Shown here: one piece after another, positions 1 to 10,486 of the stretch
Position numbering within the stretch: position 1 is the first letter of the stretch
Layout of the letters: the number at the start of each line of letters is the position of its first letter
Assembly: GCA_938033205.1 (NCBI GenBank)
Contig: CALHJP010000001.1
Coordinates: 73,978 to 137,977, forward strand
DNA length: 64,000 bases
Origin: an uncultured Collinsella sp.
GTDB taxonomy: Bacteria > Actinomycetota > Coriobacteriia > Coriobacteriales > Coriobacteriaceae
Reading direction: 5' to 3'
Notes under the pieces: generated by a model
What the model was told of the DNA's origin: nothing
Databases searched by the model: none
Seen by the model: the letters and a program-made list of their open reading frames with translations, nothing else
Translations under genes and position numbers: made by a program

Positions 1-362
1 CCTCCGAGAGCTTTGACTACCCCATCGCCGGCTACAAGGTGGGTAAGGCCGTTGCCAACGGCGACGTCGACCTGGGTATCCTGATCTGTGGCACCGGCGT
101 CGGGATTAGCCTGGCTGCCAACAAGGTCGAGGGCGTACGCGCCGTCGTATGCTCCGAGCCCTTCAGCGCCAAGCTCTCCCGCATGCACAACAACACCAAC
201 GTGCTCGCCTTTGGTGCCCGCGTCGTGGGCTCCGAGCTCGCCAAGATGATTGTCGACAAGTGGCTCGACGCCGAATTTGAGGGCGGCCGTCACGAGCGCC
301 GCGTTAACCTCCTCAACGAGATCGATCACACGCGCGGCCTTAAGATCGTCGACGAAGCCTAA
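1..362 (+). CDS. rpiB: Ribose-5-phosphate isomerase B (RpiB/LacAB family), 5'-truncated by window edge
   Basis: Translation ...GILICGTGVGISLAANKVEGVRAVVCSEPFSAKLSRMHNNTNVLAFGARV... matches the RpiB family; the frame is open from position 3 with stop at 360-362. Confidence 0.8.
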   Translation, partial: SESFDYPIAGYKVGKAVANGDVDLGILICGTGVGISLAANKVEGVRAVVCSEPFSAKLSRMHNNTNVLAFGARVVGSELAKMIVDKWLDAEFEGGRHERRVNLLNEIDHTRGLKIVDEA

Positions 363-388
363 ACTATTCAGTGCCACAAGCTAACAGC

Positions 389-438
389 AGGGGCCCGCTC
401 GGAACACATGTCCGAGCGGGCCCCTTCATTGATTTTGG
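389..438 (+). terminator. Intrinsic terminator after rpiB
   Basis: Perfect 15-bp stem AGGGGCCCGCTCGGA/TCCGAGCGGGCCCCT with a 7-nt loop, followed by TCATTGATTTTGG. Confidence 0.6.
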
Positions 439-441
439 GAT

Positions 442-476
442 AAAAAGGGCGCCGCGGATGGAGTTCCGCGGCGCCC
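442..476 (-). terminator. Intrinsic terminator after ndk (minus strand)
   Basis: 12-bp stem GGGCGCCGCGGA/TCCGCGGCGCCC; on the minus strand it is followed by CTTTTTATCCC. Confidence 0.55.
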
Positions 477-514
477 AAGCCACACGCTAACAGCTTTAAG
501 GAGTCAAAGCTGGT

Positions 515-919
515 TTAGCCAAAGAAGCGCTTGATCTCGATCTCGGCGTTCTCCAGGCAGTCGGAGCCGTGAATCACGTTGGCGTTGACATCGACGGCGA
601 AGTCACCGCGGATGGTGCCAGGAGCAGCATCAAGCGGGTTGGTGGCGCCCATAAGGGTGCGCATCTTGGAGACGGCGGAAAGACCGGAAACAACCATCTT
701 GACGACCGGACCGCTCGTCATAAAGTCGCACAGACCGCCAAAGAAGGGTTTGTCGGCCAGATGGGCGTAGTGCTCCTCGACGGTAGCGCGCTCGAGCGTG
801 GTCATCTCCATGCGCTCGATGACAAGGCCGCTGCGCTCAATGCGAGCAACGATCTCGCCGATCTTGCGATCGCGCACAGCGTCGGGCTTAATCATGATGA
901 AGGTCTTCTCGATAGCCAT
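515..919 (-). CDS. ndk: Nucleoside diphosphate kinase
   Basis: MAIEKTFIMIKPDAVRDRKIGEIVARIERSGLVI...NVIHGSDCLENAEIEIKRFF is typical Ndk; start taken at the MAIEK methionine, inside the longer ORF. Confidence 0.9.
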   Translation of the reverse strand: MAIEKTFIMIKPDAVRDRKIGEIVARIERSGLVIERMEMTTLERATVEEHYAHLADKPFFGGLCDFMTSGPVVKMVVSGLSAVSKMRTLMGATNPLDAAPGTIRGDFAVDVNANVIHGSDCLENAEIEIKRFFG

Positions 920-1296
920 AAGGTAGCCTTTCAAGTAGGTTCGCGCGTGCCCAAGTCCCATTCCGGCACCCGCCTGGACTGCATCGTAACAGAGTTCTAG
1001 CTGCAGTTAAACAAAAAGCCGTTTATTGAAGCGTTATTATTAATTGAAGCGCTCCATATGTGTCACTTCTGTTCCGAAGCCCGACTAGAGTACCATCCGA
1101 CCGCCCATCAACCGCATCGAACAGATCAGACGGTCGGTTGCCACCCGCAAACGTATCCCCTTCACAACCTGCCCAAAGGTCCTACAAAAGTTCTCGACAA
1201 GCTCCTTCCTTCCCTATAACAAAACGGGCACCCACCGTAGCGAGCACCCGTAAAGGCAAGATATGATAAACGCACCAGACAGACGCATCCTATAAG

Positions 1297-2727
1297 CTAA
1301 TTAGCTCCGTGGCCCATCTCGACGACCTTGGTCAACGAGCCAAACACACCTTCGTCGGCAACGAGTTGTGCCTCGGCACGCTGCAGCTGCACGGCAACAG
1401 CGGCAGGGGCGGTACCGCCCTCGGTCGTGCGCGCGGCGACAATCGACGGGATGTCGAGCGCCTCGGTAATATCGCGCTCAAAGAGCGGGCTTGCCTCCTG
1501 GAACACCTCAAACGGCAGGTCCTCAAGATTGCAGCCGCGCTTCTCACACATCAGGACCAGATGGCCCACCACGGCATGCGCCTCACGGAACGGCAGGCCA
1601 CGCTTGGCCAGGTAATCGGCAACATCGGTGGCGGCAAGATGACCCACACCGCACTCGCGCGCCATGGCATCCTCGTTGACGGTCCAAGTCGAAATCATAC
1701 CGGCCATAACCGACAGGCACTGCATGAGCGTGTGGGCGGTATCGAGCGCGCCCTCCTTGTCCTCCTGCAAGTCCTTGTTATAGGCCAGCGGCAGGCCCTT
1801 CATGGTCACAAGCAGCTGCACCAGGTTGCCATACACACGGCCGCTCTTGCCGCGGATAAGCTCGGCAAAGTCGGGGTTCTTCTTCTGCGGCATGATGGAC
1901 GAGCCGGTGGAGTACGAGTCGGAAAGCGTAATAAAGCCAAACTCGGAGCTCGACCACAACACGATCTCCTCGGAAAGACGCGACAGGTGCATGGCCATGA
2001 CGGAGCCGGCGTAATGCAGATCGAGCAGGAAATCACGGTCGGAAACCGCATCGAGCGAGTTGGGAATCACACCCGCAAAGCCAAGCTCGGCAGCCGTCAT
2101 CTGACGATCGAGCGGATAGCTCGTACCGGCAAGCGCGGCGGCACCCAGCGGGCAGTTGTCAGCGGCATCAAAGGCGGCCTTCAGGCGTGTAAAGTCGCGC
2201 GCGAACATCCAGGAATACGCCAGCAGATGATGCGACAGCAGCACGGGCTGAGCATGCTGCATGTGCGTGTAGCCCGGCAGAATCACCTTGTCGTACTTCT
2301 TGGCCGCATCCACCAGCACATGGCGCAGCTCAAGATTGGCCTCCATGAGTTCCTTGGCCAGCGCCTTGACGCCCAGACGCGTATCGGTCGCCACCTGGTC
2401 GTTGCGCGAACGCCCGGTATGCAAGCGCTTACCGGTCTCGCCGATGCGGCGCGTCAGCTCGCTCTCGATGGACATATGAATGTCCTCATCGTTGATATCG
2501 AAGGTGAAGTTGCCGGCATCGATATCCTGTTCGATTCCGGTCAGGCCCTTGGCAATCGCCTGCTCGTCCTCGGCGCTGATAATGCCCTGGGCCGCCAGCA
2601 TCTTGGCATGTGCCTTAGATCCTGCGATATCCTGCTTATAGAGATGTTTGTCAACCGGCAACGACGCGCCAAACTCCTGCGTGACCTCGGCCACGCCTGC
2701 CTCAAAACGACCGCCCCAAAGAGCCAT
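1297..2727 (-). CDS. argH: Argininosuccinate lyase
   Basis: MALWGGRFEAG...SRNDQVATD... are ArgH/fumarase-superfamily signatures; ATG at 2727 confirmed by reading the sequence. Confidence 0.95.
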   Translation of the reverse strand: MALWGGRFEAGVAEVTQEFGASLPVDKHLYKQDIAGSKAHAKMLAAQGIISAEDEQAIAKGLTGIEQDIDAGNFTFDINDEDIHMSIESELTRRIGETGKRLHTGRSRNDQVATDTRLGVKALAKELMEANLELRHVLVDAAKKYDKVILPGYTHMQHAQPVLLSHHLLAYSWMFARDFTRLKAAFDAADNCPLGAAALAGTSYPLDRQMTAAELGFAGVIPNSLDAVSDRDFLLDLHYAGSVMAMHLSRLSEEIVLWSSSEFGFITLSDSYSTGSSIMPQKKNPDFAELIRGKSGRVYGNLVQLLVTMKGLPLAYNKDLQEDKEGALDTAHTLMQCLSVMAGMISTWTVNEDAMARECGVGHLAATDVADYLAKRGLPFREAHAVVGHLVLMCEKRGCNLEDLPFEVFQEASPLFERDITEALDIPSIVAARTTEGGTAPAAVAVQLQRAEAQLVADEGVFGSLTKVVEMGHGAN

Positions 2728-3068
2728 GGAACCGTCCCCTTTCTCCAAATACCAAAACAAGCGCCCAAAGCAATGAGCCATGTCGCTAAAGCGATTTTTC
2801 AACCGCTAGTTTTACACATTCCCCACCGTGCACAGGGCCATGTAGCTAATATGCAAAGAAGTGACGCACGAGGCACTTGGTGCCCAACTTCTCCCTCCGG
2901 ATGTTGCCTTGCGAACCATCGATCCAGGCCTTCAGGCTCATAGGAACATCCTCGACCTTTGCAGCATCGAACTCGGGCGCGAGGGCAAGCAAGGCATGCG
3001 CGATAGCGTTGAACATAATGGATACTCCCCATATATATAGGTGCAGGGCCGTCAAATTGATAGGAGGA

Positions 3069-3094
3069 GCCCCGCCGGACAACCCCGGCGGGGC
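3069..3094 (-). terminator. Hairpin between argG and argH (putative terminator or attenuator)
   Basis: Perfect 10-bp stem GCCCCGCCGG/CCGGCGGGGC with a 6-nt loop, about 155 bp downstream of the argG stop; the U-tract is weak. Confidence 0.4.
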
Positions 3095-3249
3095 TCGGAC
3101 TCAGCCGCAGACGCGGCATCATATACGCGGGCGGAACGTAGGGGCCACCGATGTTAAGAAGTGTCAGCAAGCATAACGAAAGGTAGAGACCCCATGCGCC
3201 CGTTATGTATCACGCGGATGGGCCGCGCGGATACCAAAGGAAGGAGGCG

Positions 3250-4476
3250 CTAGGCCTGGGCGGCAGCAGAGCTGGGGCCCTGGACCTTAGCCCACGTCTT
3301 GAGCGACAGCGTATCGATCTCGATAAAGCCGGCGCTGGCCTTCTCGTCAAACGTAGTGTCGCGGTCGTAGGTAGCCAGACCGTAGTCATACAGGCTAAAC
3401 GGGCTCTTGCGGCCGACGACATGGCAGTTGCCCTTAAAGAACTTCAGACGGACGGTGCCGGTCACGAACTTCTGGGTGTCGGCCATAAAGGCATCGAGCG
3501 CGTTTTTGAGCGGGCTGTACCACTGGCCGTTGTACACGGCGGTGGCCCAATCCTGCTCGAGCTTAATCTTGGTCTTGAGCAGGTCGCCCTCGACGCAGAT
3601 ATCCTCGAGTGCCTTGTGGGCGGTGATGAGCGTCAGGGCGCCGGGAACCTCATAGCACTCGCGGCTCTTAAGGCCCACCAGACGGTCCTCGACCAGGTCG
3701 AGACGGCCAAAGCCGTTGTCGCCCGAGATCTTGTTGAGTGCGATGATGATCTCGGAGAGCTTCATCTTCTTGCCGTCGACGGCGACGGGCTTGCCGGCCT
3801 CAAACTCAATCTCGGTATACGTCGGGGTGTCGGGCGTGTCCTCGGGATTCTTGGTCATAACCCAGGCGTCGTCGAGCGGCTCGTTCCAGGGATCCTCCAG
3901 GTGGCCGCACTCAATGGCACGACCCCACAGGTTGTCGTCGATGGAATAGGGGTTGTCGTTGGCACCCTCGGGAACCGGCACGTTGTGGGCGTGAGCATAG
4001 GCGACCTCGTCGGGACGGCACTTAAGATCCCACTCGCGAACCGGGGCGATAACCTTAAGCTCGGGGTCGAGGGCCTTGACGGCAGCCTCAAAACGAACCT
4101 GGTCGTTACCCTTGCCGGTGCAGCCGTGAGCGACGTAGGTCGCGCCAAACTCGTGAGCGACCTCGACAAGCTTCTTGGCGAGCAACGGGCGGGACAGGGC
4201 GGAGAGCAGCGGATACTTGTTCTCGTACATAGAGTTTGCGGCGATAGCCTTAGTCAGGAACTCATCGGAGAACTCGTCGCGCAGATCGAGCACCTGGCAA
4301 TCCAGAACGCCCAGGTCGAGGGCCTTCTGCTTCTTGGCGTCCAGACCGGTCTCCTCCTGGCCCACGTTGCCGCAGACACAAACGACATCGAGATTCTTCT
4401 CGTCCTGGAGCCACTTGACACATACGGATGTATCAAGACCACCGGAATATGCGAGAACGACTTTTTCCTTGCTCAT
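3250..4476 (-). CDS. argG: Argininosuccinate synthase
   Basis: MSKEKVVLAYSGGLDTSVCVKWL... carries the ArgG PP-loop motif; ATG at 4476 preceded by AAAGGAAACAGCC. Confidence 0.95.
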   Translation of the reverse strand: MSKEKVVLAYSGGLDTSVCVKWLQDEKNLDVVCVCGNVGQEETGLDAKKQKALDLGVLDCQVLDLRDEFSDEFLTKAIAANSMYENKYPLLSALSRPLLAKKLVEVAHEFGATYVAHGCTGKGNDQVRFEAAVKALDPELKVIAPVREWDLKCRPDEVAYAHAHNVPVPEGANDNPYSIDDNLWGRAIECGHLEDPWNEPLDDAWVMTKNPEDTPDTPTYTEIEFEAGKPVAVDGKKMKLSEIIIALNKISGDNGFGRLDLVEDRLVGLKSRECYEVPGALTLITAHKALEDICVEGDLLKTKIKLEQDWATAVYNGQWYSPLKNALDAFMADTQKFVTGTVRLKFFKGNCHVVGRKSPFSLYDYGLATYDRDTTFDEKASAGFIEIDTLSLKTWAKVQGPSSAAAQA

Positions 4477-5029
4477 GGCTGTTTCCTTTCGCCCTTGGTA
4501 GCTAGTTAGAACATCGGTCAGTTGCAAGTCATTTCGAGGTCAAAAACCGTGCAATATCAGGTTAAATAGCAAAAAGCAGCACAGCATGCCCTAGAAACAT
4601 GCGTTTATATCGTGCTAAAACCCAACGACCTCAAAATGACTCTGTTGGGGCATTTCACCCCATACGAACAGAGACGATTGTTATCGTCGTCGGGAAATTG
4701 CGCGCTGGCGTCGGATGGCATTATCTGCAGTGGTGATGATCTTTACGAACTGCATCTGCCTCTCCTTTCACCTATCGCCGGGCGCAATTCTAATATCGTA
4801 AACGGTACCTTTTCTTCGGTAAGCGGTTGTATTTCCGTCTCCGTTTTCGATGGTCGCTATATTACGCTAAAGTGCCCGCAGCACAAGCGACAAATTCAAA
4901 TTTCTGAAAAGTTTTTTCATTACTTTGTGAAGCGTGGTGCAAATACGCTCCGTTCCTGCGACAATACGCTCAGTTACTGGTTGATGGTTATAACGTCTGA
5001 AACAATTTCGAAACGAAAGGCGCGCTTTT

Positions 5030-5857
5030 ATGCAAACTTACGAATCGGACACCAATATCGAAAGCATTAAGATTCTCGCCGTCGACATGGACAAGACGCT
5101 GCTCACCGACAAGCGCGTGTTGCCGCAGGGTCTTGATGAGCGCCTGGACAAGCTCGCCGACGCAGGCATTGTATTCTGCCCCGCCAGCGGACGCCCCGCC
5201 CCCAAACTCGAGGAAATGTTCGAGAGCATTAAGAACCGACTTGCTTTTTGTCCCGACAACGGAGCCTGCGTCATCTATCGCGGCAGCTATATCTATAAGA
5301 GCAACATCGATGTGGCGCTGTATCAGCAGGTGCTCGCCCGTGCCTCGGAGGACCCGCGTGCCGTTCCCGTCTTGTGCTGCTACGACGAGTTCTATGTGCT
5401 CGCCCGCGACCATCAGTACCACGACGAGATCAGCGTGTACTACAACACGATCAACTACGTCGATAGCTTTGAGGGCCTTGATATCGAGTCCAACAAGATT
5501 TCGATCTTCTTCCCCGCCTACGATGCCGAGCCCGCGTTTCGCGAGAACTACAGCCCCGAGTTCTCGGACAAGCTCTACGTCACCAACGCCGGGCGCGAGT
5601 GGATAGACTTTATGAACCTGGGCGTCGACAAGGGGTCGGGCGTCGCGCACCTGTGCGAGCAGCTGGGCATTGATATCGCTGATGCCGCCGCCGTGGGTGA
5701 TACGTACAACGACATCCCCATGCTGGAGCGCGTCGGGCATAGCTTTATCGTGGATAATGCCGAGGAGCACATGAACGCGCACGCCAAATGGCGCATTCCG
5801 AGCAACAACGACGGGGGCGTACTGACGCTCATCGACGCCATCCTGGCGGCTCGTTAA
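5030..5857 (+). CDS. HAD-superfamily hydrolase, Cof-like (IIB) phosphatase
   Basis: ILAVDMDKTLL (motif I DxD), ...FCPASGR..., GDTYNDIPML (motif IV). Confidence 0.8.
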   Translation: MQTYESDTNIESIKILAVDMDKTLLTDKRVLPQGLDERLDKLADAGIVFCPASGRPAPKLEEMFESIKNRLAFCPDNGACVIYRGSYIYKSNIDVALYQQVLARASEDPRAVPVLCCYDEFYVLARDHQYHDEISVYYNTINYVDSFEGLDIESNKISIFFPAYDAEPAFRENYSPEFSDKLYVTNAGREWIDFMNLGVDKGSGVAHLCEQLGIDIADAAAVGDTYNDIPMLERVGHSFIVDNAEEHMNAHAKWRIPSNNDGGVLTLIDAILAAR

Positions 5858-5931
5858 CGGGGCTCGTCGGACCCGGCCGGGCGCCAAGATGGCGTCTTGA
5901 GTGTCTAGATACTTAGCTGAAATGATTTGAG

Positions 5932-5974
5932 CAGAGGGGAGCCCCTTGTTGGAAGGGGCTCCCCTCTGTTTTGG
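5932..5974. terminator. Bidirectional intrinsic terminator between convergent Cof-hydrolase gene and polA
   Basis: Perfect 16-bp stem CAGAGGGGAGCCCCTT/AAGGGGCTCCCCTCTG with a 5-nt loop, followed by TTTTGG. Confidence 0.65.
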
Positions 5975-6068
5975 TTACTGTGGGACAAATTAATCAGTAG
6001 TGTTTGTCCCAAATCTTAAGTATGTGGGGGCTTGCGTCTTGGGCGAGCTTGCCTTACGGAGTGCTTCC

Positions 6069-8819
6069 CTATTTCGCGTCGGCCCAGGTTATGCCGGTGC
6101 TGGCTTCGGCGATTAGGGGGACGCGGAGGTCTACTACGTGTTCCATGACGTCGCGGACCATGGCGGTGAGGCGCTCGACTTCGTCGACGGGGCACTCAAA
6201 GTCCAGTTCGTCGTGTACCTGCAGAATCATGTGGGCAGCAAAGCCCTCTTCTTCCAGGCGGCGGCTTACGCGGGCCATGGCGATCTTGATGATGTCGGCG
6301 GCGGTGCCCTGCATGGGGTGGTTCATGGCCGTGCGCTCACCAAAGCCGCGGAGCTGCGGGTTTTTGGCCTTGAGCTCAGGAATATGGCGACGGCGGCCGT
6401 ACATGGTCTCGGCATAGCCCGTCTGCTTGGCACGCGCCACCACGTTGTCGAGGAACGTACGCACGCCCGGGTATGCCTCGTAGTAGCGGTCGATCATGTC
6501 GCGTGCCTCGGCCATCGAGATATGCAGCGACTGCGATAGGCCGTAAGCCTGCTGACCATACACGATGCCAAAGTTCACGGCCTTGGCGCGGCTGCGCAGG
6601 TCGGGCGTCACCTCGGACACCGGCACGCCAAACACGCGCGCGGCCGTCTCGGCATGGAAGTCCTCGCCCTCGTTAAAGGCGCGCACCAGATGCTCGTCAC
6701 CCGAGAGATGCGCCAGCAGACGCAGCTCGATCTGCGAGTAGTCCACCGCCAAAAAGACGCTTCCCTCGCCTGCCGAAAACGCCGTCTTGACAGTACGGCC
6801 CAGCTCCGAGCGCGTCGGGATGTTCTGAAGGTTCGGGTCACTCGAGGACAGACGACCCGTCGCCGTGATGGTCTGGTTGTACGTGGTGTGCACGCGACCG
6901 TCACCACGACGCAACGGGCCCAGCGTGTCCAGATAGGTGGACTTGATCTTGGACTTCTCACGCCAGTCCAAGATCAGACGCACGATTTCGTGGTCACGGG
7001 CAAGGTCGCTCAGCACCTTGGCGTTGGTCGAATAATAGCCGCGCTTGGTCTTTTTGAGGCCCTTGGTCGGAAGGCCCATCACGTCAAAGAGCACGTGCGA
7101 GAGCTGCATGGGACTGCCGATGTTAAAGGTCTCGTCGCCGGCCAGATCGCGAATGCTCCGCTCGATCTCGGCAATCTGGGTCGCCAGACCCTCGGACAGA
7201 CTATGCAGGCGGTCGGGGTCCACGAGCATGCCCGCGCGCTCCATCTTGGCAAGCACCGGCACGAGCGGCATCTCGATGCCATCGAACACGTTGGCGGCGT
7301 TCTCGCGGGCCATGCGGTCGCGCAGCGGCGCCACGAGCGCCAGCGTCAGGGCCGCAGTGCGGGCAGCAGGGGCAGGAGCGTCCTCGCCAGCACCCTCCGC
7401 GCCGCGCGCCGCAGGCAGCGTCATCTGCAGATAGGTATCGGCCAGATACGCCTCATCAAACTCGGAGCGGTCGGAATCCAACAGATAGGCGGCGACCACA
7501 GTATCGAAGATGCGCGTGGAATCGACGGCCAGCGGATCCATGAGCTCGGGCTCAGAGGAATCGATGGGCGAAAGCTCGTGCAGCAGCGCCTTCATGTCCG
7601 GGCTCGCCACGCGGCCCTCCATAAACAGGCGCGCGAGCACGCCGGCGACCACGCCGTGGGCAACGTTGAAGCCATCGACCACGGCAGACGCACCGCCGTC
7701 GCCCTCCTCGAGCGCAAGCAACCCCTTGGACGTCGCCAGCCACAGCGTGCGCGTCAGGCCAAAAAGTGCGCCTTCCTCCTTGTCATCGTCCACCACGGCG
7801 GCGACCCACTCGCCCGCCTCGATCGCACGGACAACCTCGGACGCCACGGCAGCAAGCGCCTCGGCATCGCCGGCAGCGGTGCGCTCAATCGTGGGCATCT
7901 CAAACGTGCTAGCAGCGGCCGCAGCCCCGCCCTCGCCGCCAATCAGCGCCAAAAAACGGTTCTGCATGGCCGTAATGCCGAGCGTGCCCAGCGTAGCGGA
8001 CACCTCGTCGGCAGAAAACGCCGGGAAGGACGTCGCATCAAAGTCGAGCTCGACAGGCGCATCGGTACGAATGGTTGCGACCTTGCGGCTCAGCAGCGCG
8101 TCGTCGATATGCGCGCGCAGGTTCTCGCCCATCTTGCCCTTGACCTCGTCGGCATGTGCGATGACCTCGTCCAGGCTGCCGTACTGCGCGATGAGCGCGC
8201 TCGCCTTTTTGGGGCCGATGCCCGGCACGCCGGGAATGTTGTCGGAAGTATCGCCCTTCAGGCCGTAAAAATCGGGCACGAGCGCCGGTGTAATGCCGTG
8301 ATACAGGTCGTCCACGCTCTCGGGCGTCATGATCGCCACGTCGGACAGGCCTTTGCGGGTCGAGACCACGTTGACGTGCTCGGTCACGAGCTGATACATG
8401 TCGCGGTCGCCGGTCACCAGCAGCATGTCGCAGCCGGCTTCCTCGCCCAGGCGCGCCATGGTGCCCAGGATATCGTCACCTTCCCAGCCCTCGGACTGCA
8501 AAATCGGCACGTTGAGCGCAGCGAGCAGCTCCTTAATCATGGGGAACTGCGCGTGCAGGTCGGGGTCCATGGGCGGGCGCTGCGCCTTATACTGCGGCAG
8601 CATCTCCATGCGCACGCGCGGCTTGCCCTTATCAAACGCCACGACCACACCGTCGGGGTTAAAGGCGTCGATCATCTTGAGAAACATGTTTAAAAAGCCA
8701 AAGATCGCGTTGGTGGGGCGACCGTCCGGCGCGTTCATGGTGGGCGGCACGGCGTGGAAGGCGCGGTGCATGAGCGAGTTGCCGTCGATAACGGCAAAGG
8801 TGCGGCGCTTGTCAGACAT
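6069..8819 (-). CDS. polA: DNA polymerase I
   Basis: 916 aa with an N-terminal 5'-3' exonuclease region (AVIDGNSLMHRAFHA), central region, and polymerase motifs (DYSQIELR, KAVNFGIVYG, QVHDEL). Confidence 0.95.
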   Translation of the reverse strand: MSDKRRTFAVIDGNSLMHRAFHAVPPTMNAPDGRPTNAIFGFLNMFLKMIDAFNPDGVVVAFDKGKPRVRMEMLPQYKAQRPPMDPDLHAQFPMIKELLAALNVPILQSEGWEGDDILGTMARLGEEAGCDMLLVTGDRDMYQLVTEHVNVVSTRKGLSDVAIMTPESVDDLYHGITPALVPDFYGLKGDTSDNIPGVPGIGPKKASALIAQYGSLDEVIAHADEVKGKMGENLRAHIDDALLSRKVATIRTDAPVELDFDATSFPAFSADEVSATLGTLGITAMQNRFLALIGGEGGAAAAASTFEMPTIERTAAGDAEALAAVASEVVRAIEAGEWVAAVVDDDKEEGALFGLTRTLWLATSKGLLALEEGDGGASAVVDGFNVAHGVVAGVLARLFMEGRVASPDMKALLHELSPIDSSEPELMDPLAVDSTRIFDTVVAAYLLDSDRSEFDEAYLADTYLQMTLPAARGAEGAGEDAPAPAARTAALTLALVAPLRDRMARENAANVFDGIEMPLVPVLAKMERAGMLVDPDRLHSLSEGLATQIAEIERSIRDLAGDETFNIGSPMQLSHVLFDVMGLPTKGLKKTKRGYYSTNAKVLSDLARDHEIVRLILDWREKSKIKSTYLDTLGPLRRGDGRVHTTYNQTITATGRLSSSDPNLQNIPTRSELGRTVKTAFSAGEGSVFLAVDYSQIELRLLAHLSGDEHLVRAFNEGEDFHAETAARVFGVPVSEVTPDLRSRAKAVNFGIVYGQQAYGLSQSLHISMAEARDMIDRYYEAYPGVRTFLDNVVARAKQTGYAETMYGRRRHIPELKAKNPQLRGFGERTAMNHPMQGTAADIIKIAMARVSRRLEEEGFAAHMILQVHDELDFECPVDEVERLTAMVRDVMEHVVDLRVPLIAEASTGITWADAK

Positions 8820-8986
8820 ATTGAATACCTCGCTTTGGGCTGGGCACGATTTGCTCCCACCAGTTTACACGCTCCCCGCCTCGCGGCCACCGCACATCAA
8901 GCTCCTCCGCCACCGCGCGCCCGCGCGTGATACGATGGCTCACGGTACATTAACCAGCACGATCGATCCGAAAGGAGCCTGCGTCA

Positions 8987-10383
8987 TGGAGCGTCCCTGC
9001 GCATGGAAAAAGTACACGCCACAGCAGATCGAGGAGCTCGAGGAGCTTTGCCGCGGCTATAAGCAGTTTTTGAGTGAGAACAAGACCGAGCGCCTGTGTG
9101 TCAAGGCCGGCATCAAGATGGCCGAGGAGGCGGGCTACGTCGACCTGGAGACCGTGATCGCCGAAGGCCGCGAGCTCAAGGCAGGCGACAAGGTGTACGC
9201 CGCCAACCACGGCAAGGACCTTATGCTCGTCAACCTTGGAACCGCCCCGCTCGAGCAGGGCTTTAACATCCTGGGCGCCCACGTGGACTCGCCTCGCCTG
9301 GACCTCAAGCAAAATCCCGCCTTCGAGGCCGGCGACATGGCCTACCTCGACACGCACTACTACGGCGGCGTCAAGAGCTACCACTGGGTGGCCTCCCCGC
9401 TCGCGCTTGTGGGCGTCATCTGCAAAAAGGACGGCACCACCGTCGACATCAACATCGGCGACAAGGCTGACGACCCGGTCTTTACCATCTCCGACCTGCT
9501 GATTCACCTCTCGAGCGAGCAGATGGCCAAGCCCGCCAAGGACGCCGTCGACGCCGAGATCCTCGACGTGATTGTGGGCGGCCGCCCCGTCAAGTTTGAC
9601 GAGGACGACAAGGACGCTCCCAAGGAGCCCGTCAAGCAGATGTTCCTGGATATCCTCAAGGAGCAGTACGACGTCGAGGAGGAGGACTTCCTCTCCGCCG
9701 AAATCGAGGTCGTGCCCGCCGGCCCGGCCCGCGACATGGGCCTCGACCGCTCCATGATTCTGGGCTATGGCCATGACGACCGCGTTTGCGCCTACCCCTC
9801 CATGCTCGCCCAGATCAATGTGGCCAATGTCGAGCGCACGAGCATCACACTCATCGTCGACAAGGAGGAGATTGGTTCCGTGGGTGCCACCGGCATGACG
9901 AGCCGCTTCTTCGAGAACACCGTCGCCGAGATCATGACGCTCGCCGGCGAGGATAGCCCGCTGGCCCTGCGCCGCGCACTCGCCCACAGCCGCATGCTCT
10001 CCTCTGACGTGTCCGCGGGCTTCGACCCGGGCTACGCCGGCAAGTTCGAAACCAAGAACGCAGCCTTTATGGGTCGCGGCCTGTGCTTTAACAAGTACAC
10101 GGGCAGCCGCGGCAAGGGCGGCTCTAACGACGCCGACGCCGAGTATGTGGCCCTCATCCGCGACATCATGGACGAGGCGGGCGTTGACTTCCAGACCTGC
10201 GAGCTCGGCCGCGTCAACGCAGGTGGCGGCGGCACCATCGCCTACATCATGGCCAAGTACGGCATGAACGTCATCGACTCCGGTGTTGCCGTCCTGTCCA
10301 TGCACGCCCTGTGGGAGGTCGCTAACAAGGCCGATATCTACGAGGCCTATCGCGGCTACAAGGCCTTCATCGAGCGCGCCTAA
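8987..10383 (+). CDS. M18-family aminopeptidase (aspartyl aminopeptidase-like)
   Basis: MERPCAWKKYTPQQIEELEE...GAHVDSPRLDLK...GYGHDDRVCAY... resemble peptidase M18/M42; start ATG 8987 is preceded by GAAAGGAG. Confidence 0.8.
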
Positions 10384-10397
10384 CCGACCCTTCATCA

Positions 10398-10473
10398 GTT
10401 GCGGTGAAATACGGACTAAACTGGCCCATAAACGACCAAAACAGACCGTATTCCACCGCAACTTTCTTTTTGG
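10398..10473 (+). terminator. Long-stem hairpin with T-tract after the aminopeptidase gene
   Basis: 17-bp inverted repeat GTTGCGGTGAAATACGG/CCGTATTCCACCGCAAC (1 mismatch) with a 31-nt loop, followed by TTTCTTTTTGG. Confidence 0.5.
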
Positions 10474-10486
10474 CAGAGGAGAGTCC

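Noticed and set aside
1309-2943. 544-aa ORF on the plus strand across argH
   Set aside because: Antisense to argH, Arg/Gly/Leu-rich with no recognisable motifs; a high-GC artefact.
2846-3082. 78-aa minus-strand ORF between argG and argH
   Set aside because: It starts inside the argG terminator hairpin and has no RBS or motifs; probably spurious. The region likely carries the argH promoter.
3205-4509. 434-aa ORF on the plus strand across argG
   Set aside because: Antisense to argG; a high-GC artefact.
4612-5070. 152-aa ORF in the AT-rich region before the Cof hydrolase gene
   Set aside because: No protein-like motifs, atypical composition, and it overlaps the hydrolase start; more likely non-coding leader. 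It is discussed in the findings.
6654-8693. 679-aa plus-strand ORF inside polA
   Set aside because: Antisense to polA; Arg/Gly/His-rich low-complexity translation.
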